In this document: positions 13,333 through 25,480 of the stretch, piece by piece
How the letters are laid out: each line of letters starts with the position of its first letter
How positions within the stretch are numbered: position 1 is the first letter of the stretch
Assembly (NCBI RefSeq): GCF_003334815.1
Contig: NZ_QOWO01000005.1
DNA: 64,000 nt
Source: Escherichia coli
Lineage (GTDB): Bacteria; Pseudomonadota; Gammaproteobacteria; Enterobacterales; Enterobacteriaceae
Reading direction: 5' to 3' (one strand)
Notes under the pieces: generated by a model
Database searches by the model: none
Told to the model about the DNA's origin: nothing
Seen by the model: only the letters and a program-made list of their open reading frames with translations
Program-made: the position numbers and the translations under genes

Positions 13333-16300
13333 AAATTCTCAGCCTGCGCCTGAAAAACCTGAACTCATTAAAAGGCGAATGGAAGATTGATTTCACCCGC
13401 GAGCCGTTCGCCAGCAACGGGCTGTTTGCTATTACCGGCCCAACAGGTGCGGGGAAAACCACCCTGCTGGACGCCATTTGTCTGGCGCTGTATCACGAAA
13501 CTCCGCGTCTCTCTAACGTTTCACAATCGCAAAATGATCTCATGACCCGCGATACCGCCGAATGTCTGGCGGAGGTGGAGTTTGAAGTGAAAGGTGAAGC
13601 GTACCGTGCATTCTGGAGCCAGAATCGGGCGCGTAACCAACCCGACGGTAATTTGCAGGTGCCACGCGTAGAGCTGGCGCGCTGCGCCGACGGCAAAATT
13701 CTCGCCGACAAAGTGAAAGATAAGCTGGAACTGACAGCGACGTTAACCGGGCTGGATTACGGGCGCTTCACCCGTTCGATGCTGCTTTCGCAGGGGCAAT
13801 TTGCTGCCTTCCTGAATGCCAAACCCAAAGAACGCGCGGAATTGCTCGAGGAGTTAACCGGCACTGAAATCTACGGGCAAATCTCGGCGATGGTTTTTGA
13901 GCAGCACAAATCGGCCCGCACAGAGCTGGAGAAGCTGCAAGCGCAGGCCAGCGGCGTCACGTTGCTCACGCCGGAACAAGTGCAATCGCTGACAGCGAGT
14001 TTGCAGGTACTTACTGACGAAGAAAAACAGTTAATTACCGCGCAGCAGCAAGAACAACAATCGCTAAACTGGTTAACGCGTCAGGACGAATTGCAGCAAG
14101 AAGCCAGCCGCCGTCAGCAGGCCTTGCAACAGGCGTTAGCCGAAGAAGAAAAAGCGCAACCTCAACTGGCGGCGCTTAGTCTGGCACAACCGGCACGAAA
14201 TCTTCGTCCACACTGGGAACGCATCGCAGAACACAGCGCGGCGCTGGCGCATATTCGCCAGCAGATTGAAGAAGTAAATACTCGCTTACAGAGCACAATG
14301 GCGCTTCGCGCGAGCATTCGCCACCACGCGGCGAAGCAGTCAGCAGAATTACAGCAGCAGCAACAAAGCCTGAATACCTGGTTACAGGAACACGACCGCT
14401 TCCGTCAGTGGAACAACGAACCGGCGGGTTGGCGTGCGCAGTTCTCCCAACAAACCAGCGATCGCGAGCATCTGCGGCAATGGCAGCAACAGTTAACCCA
14501 TGCTGAGCAAAAACTTAATGCGCTTGCGGCGATCACGTTGACGTTAACCGCCGATGAAGTTGCTACCGCCCTGGCGCAACATGCTGAGCAACGCCCACTG
14601 CGTCAGCACCTGGTCGCGCTGCATGGACAGATTGTTCCCCAACAAAAACGTCTGGCGCAGTTACAGGTCGCTATCCAGAATGTCACGCAAGAACAGACGC
14701 AACGTAACGCCGCACTTAACGAAATGCGCCAGCGTTATAAAGAAAAGACGCAGCAACTTGCCGATGTGAAAACCATTTGCGAGCAGGAAGCGCGCATCAA
14801 AACGCTGGAAGCTCAACGTGCACAGTTACAGGCGGGTCAGCCTTGCCCACTTTGTGGTTCCACCAGCCACCCGGCGGTCGAGGCGTATCAGGCGCTGGAG
14901 CCTGGCGTTAATCAGTCTCGATTACTGGCGCTGGAAAACGAAGTTAAAAAGCTCGGTGAAGAAGGTGCGACGCTACGTGGGCAACTGGACGCCATAACAA
15001 AGCAGCTTCAGCGTGATGAAAACGAAGCGCAAAGCCTCCGACAAGATGAGCAAGCACTTACTCAACAATGGCAAGCCGTCACGGCCAGCCTCAATATCAC
15101 CTTGCAGCCACTGGACGATATTCAACCGTGGCTGGATGCACAAGATGAGCACGAACGCCAGCTGCGGTTACTCAGCCAACGGCATGAATTACAAGGGCAG
15201 ATTGCCGCGCATAATCAGCAAATTATCCAGTATCAACAGCAAATTGAACAACGCCAGCAACTACTTTTAACGACATTGACGGGTTATGCACTGACATTGC
15301 CACAGGAAGATGAAGAAGAGAGCTGGTTGGCGACACGTCAGCAAGAAGCGCAGAGCTGGCAGCAACGCCAGAACGAATTAACCGCGCTGCAAAACCGTAT
15401 TCAGCAGCTGACGCCGATTCTGGAAACGTTGCCGCAAAGTGATGAACTCCCGCACTGCGAAGAAACTGTGGTATTGGAAAACTGGCGGCAGGTACATGAA
15501 CAATGTCTCGCATTACACAGCCAGCAGCAGACGTTACAGCAACAGGATGTTCTGGCGGCGCAAAGTCTGCAAAAAGCCCAGGCGCAGTTTGACACCGCGC
15601 TACAGGCCAGCGTCTTTGACGATCAGCAGGCGTTCCTTGCGGCGCTAATGGATGAACAAACACTAACGCAGCTGGAACAGCTCAAGCAGAATCTGGAAAA
15701 CCAGCGCCGTCAGGCGCAAACTCTGGTCACTCAGACAGCAGAAACGCTGGCACAGCATCAACAACACCGACCTGACGACGGGTTGGCTCTCACTGTGACG
15801 GTGGAGCAGATTCAGCAAGAGTTAGCGCAAACTCACCAAAAGTTGCGTGAAAACACCACGAGTCAAGGCGAGATTCGCCAGCAGCTGAAGCAGGATGCAG
15901 ATAACCGTCAGCAACAACAAACCTTAATGCAGCAAATTGCTCAAATGACGCAGCAGGTTGAGGACTGGGGATATCTGAATTCGCTAATAGGTTCCAAAGA
16001 GGGCGATAAATTCCGCAAGTTTGCCCAGGGGCTGACGCTGGATAATTTAGTCCATCTCGCTAATCAGCAACTTACCCGGCTGCACGGGCGCTATCTGTTA
16101 CAGCGCAAAGCCAGCGAGGCGCTGGAAGTCGAGGTTGTTGATACCTGGCAGGCAGATGCGGTACGCGATACCCGTACCCTTTCCGGCGGCGAAAGTTTCC
16201 TCGTTAGTCTGGCGCTGGCGCTGGCGCTTTCGGATCTGGTCAGCCATAAAACACGTATTGACTCGCTGTTCCTTGATGAAGGTTTTGGCACGCTGGATAG

Positions 16301-16475
16301 CGAAACGCTGGATACCGCCCTTGATGCGCTGGATGCCCTGAACGCCAGTGGCAAAACCATCGGTGTGATTAGCCACGTAGAAGCGATGAAAGAGCGTATT
16401 CCGGTGCAGATCAAAGTGAAAAAGATCAACGGCCTGGGCTACAGCAAACTGGAAAGTACGTTTGCAGTGAAATAA
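13329..16475 (+). CDS. sbcC: SbcCD nuclease, ATPase subunit C (Rad50-like SMC protein)
   Basis: 1048 aa; Walker [10 protein letters not shown]; long Q-rich coiled coil; CPLCG zinc hook; 4-nt ATGA overlap with the sbcD stop. Confidence 0.95.
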   Translation: MKILSLRLKNLNSLKGEWKIDFTREPFASNGLFAITGPTGAGKTTLLDAICLALYHETPRLSNVSQSQNDLMTRDTAECLAEVEFEVKGEAYRAFWSQNRARNQPDGNLQVPRVELARCADGKILADKVKDKLELTATLTGLDYGRFTRSMLLSQGQFAAFLNAKPKERAELLEELTGTEIYGQISAMVFEQHKSARTELEKLQAQASGVTLLTPEQVQSLTASLQVLTDEEKQLITAQQQEQQSLNWLTRQDELQQEASRRQQALQQALAEEEKAQPQLAALSLAQPARNLRPHWERIAEHSAALAHIRQQIEEVNTRLQSTMALRASIRHHAAKQSAELQQQQQSLNTWLQEHDRFRQWNNEPAGWRAQFSQQTSDREHLRQWQQQLTHAEQKLNALAAITLTLTADEVATALAQHAEQRPLRQHLVALHGQIVPQQKRLAQLQVAIQNVTQEQTQRNAALNEMRQRYKEKTQQLADVKTICEQEARIKTLEAQRAQLQAGQPCPLCGSTSHPAVEAYQALEPGVNQSRLLALENEVKKLGEEGATLRGQLDAITKQLQRDENEAQSLRQDEQALTQQWQAVTASLNITLQPLDDIQPWLDAQDEHERQLRLLSQRHELQGQIAAHNQQIIQYQQQIEQRQQLLLTTLTGYALTLPQEDEEESWLATRQQEAQSWQQRQNELTALQNRIQQLTPILETLPQSDELPHCEETVVLENWRQVHEQCLALHSQQQTLQQQDVLAAQSLQKAQAQFDTALQASVFDDQQAFLAALMDEQTLTQLEQLKQNLENQRRQAQTLVTQTAETLAQHQQHRPDDGLALTVTVEQIQQELAQTHQKLRENTTSQGEIRQQLKQDADNRQQQQTLMQQIAQMTQQVEDWGYLNSLIGSKEGDKFRKFAQGLTLDNLVHLANQQLTRLHGRYLLQRKASEALEVEVVDTWQADAVRDTRTLSGGESFLVSLALALALSDLVSHKTRIDSLFLDEGFGTLDSETLDTALDALDALNASGKTIGVISHVEAMKERIPVQIKVKKINGLGYSKLESTFAVK

Positions 16476-16600
16476 CTATTCAGCAGGATAATGAATACAG
16501 AGGGGCGAATTATCTCTTGGCCTTGCTGGTCGTTATCCTGCAAGCTATCACTTTATTGGCTACGGTGATTGGTAGCCGTTCTGGTGGTTGTGATGGTGGT

Positions 16601-17785
16601 ATGAAAAAAGTCATTTTATCTTTGGCTCTGGGCACGTTTGGTTTGGGGATGGCCGAATTTGGCATTATGGGCGTGCTCACGGAGCTGGCGCATAACGTAG
16701 GAATTTCGATTCCTGCCGCCGGGCATATGATCTCGTATTATGCACTGGGGGTGGTGGTCGGTGCGCCAATCATCGCACTCTTTTCCAGCCGCTACTCACT
16801 CAAACATATCTTGTTGTTTCTGGTGGCGTTGTGCGTCATTGGCAACGCCATGTTCACGCTCTCTTCGTCTTACCTGATGCTCGCCATTGGTCGGCTGGTA
16901 TCCGGCTTTCCGCATGGCGCATTTTTTGGCGTCGGAGCGATCGTGTTATCAAAAATTATCAAACCCGGAAAAGTCACCGCCGCCGTGGCGGGGATGGTTT
17001 CCGGGATGACAGTCGCCAATTTGCTGGGCATTCCGCTGGGAACGTATTTAAGTCAGGAATTTAGCTGGCGTTACACCTTTTTATTGATCGCTGTTTTTAA
17101 TATTGCGGTGATGGCATCGGTCTATTTTTGGGTGCCAGATATTCGCGACGAGGCGAAAGGAAATCTGCGCGAACAATTTCACTTTTTGCGCAGCCCGGCC
17201 CCGTGGTTAATTTTCGCCGCCACGATGTTTGGCAACGCAGGTGTGTTTGCCTGGTTCAGCTACGTAAAGCCATACATGATGTTTATTTCCGGTTTTTCGG
17301 AAACGGCGATGACCTTTATTATGATGTTAGTTGGGCTAGGGATGGTGCTGGGAAATATGCTAAGTGGCAGGATTTCAGGACGTTATTCACCACTGCGCAT
17401 TGCAGCAGTGACTGACTTTATAATTGTACTGGCACTGCTGATGCTCTTTTTCTGCGGCGGCATGAAAACAACGTCGCTTATTTTTGCTTTTATTTGTTGC
17501 GCGGGATTATTTGCCCTTTCAGCACCGCTACAAATATTGTTACTACAAAACGCCAAAGGCGGAGAGTTATTAGGTGCCGCAGGTGGGCAAATAGCGTTTA
17601 ACCTCGGTAGCGCCGTCGGCGCATATTGCGGAGGTATGATGCTGACGCTGGGGCTGGCATATAATTACGTGGCGCTGCCTGCCGCCCTGCTTTCGTTTGC
17701 TGCGATGTCGTCGTTGCTGCTGTATGGTCGCTATAAGCGCCAGCAAGCGGCGGATACTCCGGTGCTGGCGAAACCACTGGGGTAG
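16601..17785 (+). CDS. araJ: MFS transporter AraJ
   Basis: Recognised start MKKVILSLALGTFGLGMAEF inside ORF 16517..17785; 12-TM MFS profile. Confidence 0.85.
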   Translation: MKKVILSLALGTFGLGMAEFGIMGVLTELAHNVGISIPAAGHMISYYALGVVVGAPIIALFSSRYSLKHILLFLVALCVIGNAMFTLSSSYLMLAIGRLVSGFPHGAFFGVGAIVLSKIIKPGKVTAAVAGMVSGMTVANLLGIPLGTYLSQEFSWRYTFLLIAVFNIAVMASVYFWVPDIRDEAKGNLREQFHFLRSPAPWLIFAATMFGNAGVFAWFSYVKPYMMFISGFSETAMTFIMMLVGLGMVLGNMLSGRISGRYSPLRIAAVTDFIIVLALLMLFFCGGMKTTSLIFAFICCAGLFALSAPLQILLLQNAKGGELLGAAGGQIAFNLGSAVGAYCGGMMLTLGLAYNYVALPAALLSFAAMSSLLLYGRYKRQQAADTPVLAKPLG

Positions 17786-17809
17786 GTTATAGTCTCGGTG
17801 CTCATTACT

Positions 17810-18012
17810 TATTGCCGGATGCGGCGTGAACGCCTTATCCGCCCTACGCGGTTCTGGCACATTTTGCAGGCCTGATAAGACGCGGCAAGCGTCGCATCAG
17901 GCATCGGAGCACTTATTGCCGGATGCGGCGTGAACGCCTTATCCGGCCTACGGTTCTGGCACCTTTTGTAGGCCTGATAAGACGCGGCAAGCGTCGCATC
18001 AGGCATGATGCG
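17810..18012. repeat. REP/BIME cluster (tandem palindromic units)
   Basis: Two copies of gccggatgcggcgtgaacgccttatccg[g]cctac...aggcctgataagacgcggcaagcgtcgcatcaggca. Confidence 0.85.
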
Positions 18013-18029
18013 CCAATTGCCTACGTTTT

Positions 18030-18938
18030 TTACTCTTGTGGCCATAACCACGCAGCGCCGCGTACGCCGCTGGAATCACCGTGCTTCGCCTTACGCACCG
18101 GCGTTTCACATTCGCCGCCGAAGACAAATTGTTTAATCAACTGCCCAACCGTTTGATATAAACGGTCTACATTGCTCATCCCGCCCCCCAGGACAATCAC
18201 ATCCGGATCGAGAATATTCACGACATGTGCCAGCGATTTTGCCAGCCGCAGCTCGTAGCGACGCAATGCCAGTTCCGCTACCGGATCGCTTTCTTCAACC
18301 AGGCGGATAATTTCACTGCCTTTCAGCGCATGTCCGCTCAAACGACGATAATCCATCGCGAATCCCGTGCCCGAAATAAAGGTTTCAATACAACCTTGTT
18401 TACCGCAATAACAAGGGACTTCCTCGCGATAACGCAGTTCGTCTTCGTCCATCCACGGTAGCGGATTGTGTCCCCACTCACCTGCCGTGCCATTGCCGCC
18501 GATATGCGCCCGCCCATTGAATGCCACGCCCGCGCCGCATCCCGTGCCGATAATCACGGCAAATACCGTCTGCGCTCCCGCTGCCGCGCCATCTACTGCT
18601 TCTGAAACCGCCAGACAGTTAGCGTCATTTGCCAGCCGCACTTCCCGCTGCAACCTCGCGCTTAAGTCTTTATCGAATGGCTGACCGTTGAGCCAGGTTG
18701 AATTGGCATTCTTCACCACACCGGTGTAAGGCGAAATTGAGCCAGGAATGCCCATACCTACCGTTCCGCGCTGCCCCGTCGCCTGCTCCGCCATATCAAC
18801 CAACGTGGCGATCGTTTCAATAGTCTGCCGGTAATCATCACGCGGCGTGGGCAGACGATGGCGGTACAACTGCTCCCCTGCATCGCCCAGTGCAATCACT
18901 TCAGTTTTGGTGCCGCCTAAATCGATACCTATACGCAC
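18030..18938 (-). CDS. mak: Fructokinase / manno(fructo)kinase, ROK family
   Basis: ORF 18030..19076(-); recognised N-terminus (V/M)[13 protein letters not shown] with GTG start about 18938; ROK sugar-kinase motifs. Confidence 0.85.
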
Positions 18939-19062
18939 GGTACTCTCCTTATTTTTTTCAATATCAATAGCGTAGAGACGGACAACCGGATTGGCAATGC
19001 AAGGCCGCCGACAATTCGTTATCATGCCCGCTAAATTTAACGACAAGGCCGTGGAAATTATC

Positions 19063-19974
19063 ATGCTGTGGTTCAAAAATTTAATGGTTTACCGTCTTAG
19101 CCGCGAGATTTCGCTGCGTGCAGAAGAGATGGAAAAACAGCTAGCCTCGATGGCATTTACCCCATGCGGCAGCCAGGACATGGCGAAGATGGGCTGGGTT
19201 CCTCCGATGGGATCGCACAGCGATGCGTTAACGCACGTTGCCAATGGTCAAATTGTTATCTGCGCGCGCAAAGAAGAAAAAATCCTCCCGTCTCCGGTGA
19301 TTAAACAGGCGCTGGAAGCGAAAATCGCCAAACTGGAAGCGGAACAGGCGCGTAAGCTGAAGAAAACCGAAAAAGATTCGCTGAAAGACGAAGTGCTGCA
19401 CTCTCTGCTGCCGCGTGCTTTCAGCCGTTTTAGCCAGACAATGATGTGGATCGACACGGTTAACGGTTTGATTATGGTGGACTGCGCCAGTGCCAAAAAA
19501 GCGGAAGATACGCTGGCATTACTGCGTAAAAGCCTGGGGTCGTTACCGGTTGTACCATTGAGCATGGAAAACCCGATTGAACTGACGCTGACCGAATGGG
19601 TTCGCTCCGGTAGTGCGGCACAGGGCTTCCAGCTGCTTGATGAAGCCGAGCTGAAATCGTTGCTGGAAGATGGCGGCGTGATCCGCGCGAAGAAACAAGA
19701 TCTGACCAGCGAAGAGATCACCAATCACATTGAAGCCGGAAAAGTGGTGACTAAACTGGCGCTCGACTGGCAGCAGCGCATTCAGTTTGTGATGTGCGAC
19801 GATGGTTCGCTCAAGCGTCTGAAGTTCTGCGACGAGCTGCGCGATCAAAACGAAGATATCGACCGTGAAGATTTCGCCCAGCGTTTTGATGCCGATTTCA
19901 TCCTGATGACTGGTGAACTGGCAGCGTTAATTCAAAACCTGATTGAAGGATTAGGTGGCGAAGCACAACGTTAA
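19063..19974 (+). CDS. rdgC: Recombination-associated protein RdgC
   Basis: Recognised start [16 protein letters not shown] within ORF 18991..19974 (303 aa). Confidence 0.9.
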
Positions 19975-19989
19975 TTGCTGATTTTCCTT

Positions 19990-20035
19990 TAATGCCGGAT
20001 GCGACGCCTGCCGCGTCTTATCCGGCGTACGAAGC
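19990..20035. repeat. REP element
   Basis: tgccggatgcgacgcctgccgcgtcttatccggcgtac. Confidence 0.7.
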
Positions 20036-20131
20036 CACACCAGGCATATAATTATTCGCTACGGCGAGCAATAATTTTTAGCGCAGCAATATTATGCGTT
20101 TTACGCTGTAACTTGCTCCATGGACGTTGTG

Positions 20132-20413
20132 TCATTGTTTTTCCTCAAGCCGGTGACGCGCTTCACTGCGAATTTTCCGCGTTGCCCCGGTTTTCACTAA
20201 ATCACGTAACAGCGAAAGATCGGGTTGTTCGACAAATAAGAGTAATGATGGATCCTCTTTTAACCACGCCGTTTTCACATCGGCAGCCAGCTGTGGATTA
20301 TTAATAGCCAGCGACCGATCCTGAGGCTCAGTCAATGTCGTTAACAACAACGCCGGGGTATGTGCGTTGCGCAATGCCGTTTGGCGTAAATGATCATTGC
20401 GACTTTGCAGCAA
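20132..20413 (-). CDS. ykiA: Small hypothetical protein (ykiA-like)
   Basis: 93-aa ORF in the position K-12 annotates as ykiA; no recognisable domain. Confidence 0.4.
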   Translation of the reverse strand: MLQSRNDHLRQTALRNAHTPALLLTTLTEPQDRSLAINNPQLAADVKTAWLKEDPSLLLFVEQPDLSLLRDLVKTGATRKIRSEARHRLEEKQ

Positions 20414-20620
20414 TGCACGCCACCATTCATCATCTGATTTATCTTTTATCGTAGCCAGTTCCGCAACAATATCTGGAGATCTTCACTGATATTTATATCA
20501 ACCTTGATAAATTATGAATATATCGGAAATTGAAAAAATCGCAGCAAAGGAAATATTATTATGGGCTAAAGAAAGGATATTTCAGAAAAATGCCCTCCCG
20601 TTCAAGGGGAAGGCGAGGAA

Positions 20621-20905
20621 TTACAGATAGCGGCACAGATAAGAGGTGGGTTCGGCAACTTGCAGATGAAACTCACTGTGACCGGGAACATTAAACACCG
20701 AACCGGCTTCATACACCTGCCAGTCGGTCGCGTCAGGCAGTAACACATTCAGCGCGCCACTGATTACCGTCATCTCTTCCGGCTCAGCGGTGCTGAAGGT
20801 GTATTCGCCTTCAACCATAACACCCACGCTGGCGCGACCAGTGCTGCTGCTGGAAAAGCCGATTGATTTCACTTTGCCGGAAAAGTACTCATTACTTTGA
20901 AGCAT
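20621..20905 (-). CDS. ppnP: Pyrimidine/purine nucleoside phosphorylase PpnP (YaiE, cupin)
   Basis: 94-aa [33 protein letters not shown]. Confidence 0.9.
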
Positions 20906-20976
20906 AAACTGGCCCTGTTTGGTAGTTGAACATCTACTTCACTATAGGGGCCAGAGGCGCTGGCTGTCACGCAAAA

Positions 20977-21654
20977 TTACACCAGTAATTCCGCAGCCAG
21001 CCGTGCAATCAATACGTTAGACAGCAAGACAGGAACATCGAGCTGTTTTTGCAGTAAATCGCGATGACGTTGGTGAAATCCTAAACAATCCAGCATGATG
21101 ACATCAGCCCCTTTTGCCAGTAATTCTTTCCCGGCATCAATGATTTTTTGTTCTGAATCATGAATGGGGTTACCCAATGAAAATACCGGCGATTTCTGCA
21201 AAATTTGCCATTTTTGCGCCTGAACGGGCAGCATCTCCTCAACCGGAACGATAACCCCCACCTGATGATCTTCAACAATAGAGGAAACCAGTGGAGGCAA
21301 TATTCGCGACGGCTCAAGAAAGATCGTATTACGCGCAGTCATACTACTAATGTTTGCTGTACTCATTAATAAAATGACGTCATAACCCTGATTATCGAGC
21401 ACTTCAACCACACCTTGCAGGTCACGCTCCACTTTGCGACGCGAAACATGGGCCAGCTGGTTGTCATTTAATAATGTGAGAATGGTGTCTTCGCCTGCTT
21501 CTGGCGCGTACTCCGCCATCACTTCTTCACGACTTAACTTCCCCAGCAGGCTATGATGGGAAATATTATCTTCGTCAATGTATTCCGTCAGGAGCGGCAA
21601 AACTTCCTGCATAGGTACAATGCCGATGGTCAGGATCGCCAACGACGCACTCAT
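20977..21654 (-). CDS. aroM: AroM family protein
   Basis: 225-aa ORF downstream of yaiA-aroL in the same orientation. Confidence 0.85.
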
Positions 21655-21911
21655 TGTTCATCCACCTTACTTTTCTTTCGTCGTTAATTACCGGGCAAGT
21701 GTGAAGCACCACTGCTGACACTTACTTGTGCTACAAATGACAAAAAGCGTAGCAGCAGACGTGCACGGCATAATGTAAAGATTCCAAATGATTCCAGTAA
21801 TGGATTGTTATTGTTTAATATTCTAATTATTAGAAAAACATGAATTATGAAAAATGTGACGCAGATCCCTTGTAGTGGCACTCAGAATCCCTTCCGAGCA
21901 GTCTGATGCGG

Positions 21912-22112
<201 letters not shown>

Positions 22113-22152
22113 TTATTTCACGGGATGAACGTTAAGTATAGGCGCTCGAAAA

Positions 22153-22677
22153 TCAACAATTGATCGTCTGTGCCAGGGCGCTGCGAATTTCAGAAATCAC
22201 CTGGCTGGGTTCGTTTGTTGCGTCGATGATAATATGCGCAACTTCGCGATATAGCGCATCGCGTTCTTCCAGCACTTCCTGAACTTCTTCGCTCAGCGGT
22301 TTTCCCGTTAAGGTTGGCCGTAAATCTTCTTCCGGTGCAGCTTGCAGTCGGTTAACCAGGACTGATACTGGCGCACACAAATAAACCACGATCCCGTTAT
22401 TTTGCATGAAGTGACGATTAAATTCCGTCAGAATAATGCCGCCGCCTGTAGCGATAACGGTGGATGGCGCAGTTACCGCTTCCAGCGCCGCCGTTTCTCT
22501 GGCGCGAAATCCCGCCCACTCTTCCCTTTCGACGATCTCCGCGACCGTCATATTGAGCTGTGATTGCAACCACTGATCGGTATCGACAAACCGACGGTTA
22601 AGCGAATCGGCAAGGGCCATTCCGACCGTTGTTTTACCACAGCCCCGAGGCCCGATCAGAAAAAGAGGTTGTGTCAT
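22153..22677 (-). CDS. aroL: Shikimate kinase II
   Basis: 174-aa [22 protein letters not shown] (P-loop). Confidence 0.95.
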
Positions 22678-22744
22678 CGTGGGTTTTCCCCAATAGGTCG
22701 CAATGCGGCGAAAGCCGGTGTCATGAGAATAGCGATCATACCAT

Positions 22745-22858
22745 CAAACTAGTACAATTTCGATTGTAAAGAAAAAATTCCACTTAAAGTGAAAATCTCA
22801 ATACACCCCTTACTATACCAATAAATATTCAAGAATGAAGTGTAAATAATAAATTACA
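22745..22858 (-). promoter_or_regulatory. aroL promoter region with TyrR boxes and a TrpR-like ACTAGT core
   Basis: TGTAAATAATAAATTACA (22841-22858) and TGTAAAGAAAAAATTCCA (22765-22782) match TGTAAA-N6-TTTACA; aaACTAGTac at about 22748-22757. Confidence 0.6.
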
Positions 22859-22859
22859 T

Positions 22860-23318
22860 TTAGCCACGACTACGTTGCACTTCCAGCCACCACTTCTCCA
22901 GCTCCGCGGCAAAGGCCTGGCGGTCACGTTGTGAAAGGCTATCTGGTCCGCCGGTCTGGATCCCACTGGCACGTAAGGTATCCATAAAATCGCGCATCGT
23001 CAGGCGCTCACGAATGGTCGCTGGCGTGTAACGTTCGCCGCGCGGATTAAGCGCCGCAGCGCCTTTCTCGATGGCTTCAGCAGCCAAAGGTATATCTGCG
23101 GTGATCACCAAATCGCCCGCTTCACACTGCCGGACAATTTCGTTATCGGCAACGTCGAAACCTGCCGCGACGCGCAGCGTACGAATAAATCGCGATGGCG
23201 GCACGCGTAAACTCTGGTTTGCTACCAGTACCAGCGGCATCTGCATACGTTCCGCCGCGCGATACAAAATCTCTTTAATTACATTGGGACACGCGTCGGC
23301 ATCCACCCAAATTGTCAT
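22860..23318 (-). CDS. yaiI: UPF0178 protein YaiI
   Basis: Recognised start [29 protein letters not shown] at the internal Met of ORF 22860..23438. Confidence 0.8.
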   Translation of the reverse strand: MTIWVDADACPNVIKEILYRAAERMQMPLVLVANQSLRVPPSRFIRTLRVAAGFDVADNEIVRQCEAGDLVITADIPLAAEAIEKGAAALNPRGERYTPATIRERLTMRDFMDTLRASGIQTGGPDSLSQRDRQAFAAELEKWWLEVQRSRG

Positions 23319-23437
23319 AAAGTCATCCTTTGTTGGGTAATCCTCTATTGTGTCGCGCTTTTGCCTTCCGGCATAGTTCTGTTTATGCTTCTGCCAGCGA
23401 TTATCAAAACAATGAATTTCACGGCAGGAGTGAGGCA

Positions 23438-24247
23438 ATGGAAAAGAAAATCGGTTTTATTGGCTGCGGCAATATGGGAAAAGCCATTCTCGGCGGTCTG
23501 ATTGCCAGCGGTCAGGTGCTTCCAGGGCAAATCTGGGTATACACCCCCTCCCCGGATAAAGTCGCCGCCCTGCATGACCAGTTCGGCATCAACGCCGCAG
23601 AATCGGCGCAAGAAGTGGCGCAAATCGCCGACATCATTTTTGCTGCCGTTAAACCTGGCATCATGATTAAAGTGCTTAGCGAAATCACCTCCAGCCTGAA
23701 TAAAGACTCTCTGGTCGTTTCTATTGCTGCAGGTGTCACGCTCGACCAGCTTGCCCGCGCGCTGGGCCATGACCGGAAAATTATCCGCGCCATGCCGAAC
23801 ACTCCCGCACTGGTTAATGCCGGGATGACCTCCGTAACGCCAAACGCGCTGGTAACCCCAGAAGATACCGCTGATGTGCTGAATATTTTCCGCTGCTTTG
23901 GCGAAGCGGAAGTAATTGCTGAGCCGATGATCCACCCGGTGGTCGGTGTGAGCGGTTCTTCGCCAGCCTACGTATTTATGTTTATCGAAGCGATGGCCGA
24001 CGCCGCCGTGCTGGGCGGGATGCCACGCGCCCAGGCGTATAAATTTGCCGCTCAGGCGGTAATGGGTTCCGCAAAAATGGTGCTGGAAACGGGAGAACAT
24101 CCGGGGGCACTGAAAGATATGGTCTGCTCACCGGGAGGCACCACCATTGAAGCGGTACGCGTACTGGAAGAGAAAGGCTTCCGTGCTGCAGTGATCGAAG
24201 CGATGACGAAGTGTATGGAAAAATCAGAAAAACTCAGCAAATCCTGA
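23438..24247 (+). CDS. proC: Pyrroline-5-carboxylate reductase
   Basis: Recognised start [21 protein letters not shown] (Rossmann GxGxxG), 269 aa. Confidence 0.95.
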   Translation: MEKKIGFIGCGNMGKAILGGLIASGQVLPGQIWVYTPSPDKVAALHDQFGINAAESAQEVAQIADIIFAAVKPGIMIKVLSEITSSLNKDSLVVSIAAGVTLDQLARALGHDRKIIRAMPNTPALVNAGMTSVTPNALVTPEDTADVLNIFRCFGEAEVIAEPMIHPVVGVSGSSPAYVFMFIEAMADAAVLGGMPRAQAYKFAAQAVMGSAKMVLETGEHPGALKDMVCSPGGTTIEAVRVLEEKGFRAAVIEAMTKCMEKSEKLSKS

Positions 24248-24263
24248 TGACTTTCGCCGGACG

Positions 24264-25379
24264 TCAGGCCGCCACTTCGGTGCGGTTACGTCCGGCTTTC
24301 TTTGCTTTGTAAAGCGCCAAATCTGCCGATTTCAACCACTCACGATAGTGACTCATTTGTGGGTTCAGCGGCGCAACCCCCACACTAATCCGTAAAGTTA
24401 CCTGTGGCGTATTCGGCAAACGTAATGTATTTAGCCCTTCATGCACCCGTAACATGGCGGTAATGGCGCTCTCAGCTGGCGTACCGGACATGATTACTGC
24501 AAACTCATCGCCGCCAAACCGACCAATCACATCGCTACCGCGCAGGGTAATTTGTAACTGTCGGGTAAGCGCCACAATCGCTTCATCGCCCACATCATGG
24601 CCCCAGGTATCGTTGATGCTCTTGAAATGGTCGATATCGATAATCAGTAACGTTGCATCGCGATTATGCCGCCGACAGTTATCAAATTCATTGCGTAACA
24701 TAGTTTCCCAATGACGTCGGTTATACACGCCCGTCATGCCGTCGCGGGTACTCATGACCTGCAACCTGCGTTTATGTTCCGCCAGTTTGGTTGCCGTCTG
24801 GTAGCTGACCCAGCCAAACAGCAGAGGATAAATGACAATAATGGGAAGGGAGAGCCACCATTCCAGCGGCGCACTATTGAACGACACGGTAATGCCCGTC
24901 AGCTCGAGGGTGACAAGGCAGGAAACCACCATCAACACCAGACCCGCGACAAACAGACGGGGGCCGCCTGCCCCCATCAAATTCAGACACATAATCATCA
25001 ACATCGCGGTGGAAGGCAGCACGTTTACGCCCATTACGCCTACCCACATTCCCGCTAATACTGCATCGGTTTTTAAGTTGTAAATTTCCCGGCTAAGCGG
25101 ATCGACGGCCCTGCTCGCTATCTGCCAGGCTAAATGCGGCCAGACGAACGCCCAGCCGACCAACACCAGCCACCACCAGCCCGGCGGCGGGTGTGAAACC
25201 AGCGTTGAAGCAATCGGTAAGAACATGCCAGCCAGGCCAACCGCACGGGGTAGTCTGACGCGACGGGCGAAGCGCAGCCCGGACCGCTGATGTTCGTTTT
25301 GAGGAGTTAAAGGAGGTTCCTCCCCGTGCGCCGCCGCTTTTTTGAAAAAGTTTTCATCATTCATTATTTTTGGGAACAT
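24264..25379 (-). CDS. dgcC: Diguanylate cyclase DgcC (AdrA/YaiC), MASE2 + GGDEF
   Basis: 371-aa ORF with N-terminal TM domain and C-terminal GGDEF (RFGGDEFAVIM). Confidence 0.9.
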   Translation of the reverse strand: MFPKIMNDENFFKKAAAHGEEPPLTPQNEHQRSGLRFARRVRLPRAVGLAGMFLPIASTLVSHPPPGWWWLVLVGWAFVWPHLAWQIASRAVDPLSREIYNLKTDAVLAGMWVGVMGVNVLPSTAMLMIMCLNLMGAGGPRLFVAGLVLMVVSCLVTLELTGITVSFNSAPLEWWLSLPIIVIYPLLFGWVSYQTATKLAEHKRRLQVMSTRDGMTGVYNRRHWETMLRNEFDNCRRHNRDATLLIIDIDHFKSINDTWGHDVGDEAIVALTRQLQITLRGSDVIGRFGGDEFAVIMSGTPAESAITAMLRVHEGLNTLRLPNTPQVTLRISVGVAPLNPQMSHYREWLKSADLALYKAKKAGRNRTEVAA

Positions 25380-25480
25380 TCAGAAACAATTTTCCCAAAT
25401 TATAGAGACGGAGCTAAAGGCAGAAGTATGATATTTCGGGTGAGCCATTTTCGTAGCTCACCCGTTAGCACTATCAGGTA

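Noticed and set aside
17810-18012. Possible CRISPR array (regularly spaced palindromic repeats)
   Set aside because: The units are REP/BIME palindromes with the gccggatgcggcg...cgccttatccggcctac consensus, without unique spacers of constant length or adjacent cas genes. The same conclusion holds for the clusters at 48957-49160 and 51100-51370.
17809-18051. 80-aa ORF
   Set aside because: Falls entirely within the REP/BIME cluster between araJ and mak. Its sequence is dictated by the palindromic repeat units, not by coding constraint. The same applies to ORFs 48849-49160 and 51266-51514.
23345-24100. 251-aa minus-strand ORF
   Set aside because: Antisense to proC. Shadow ORF.
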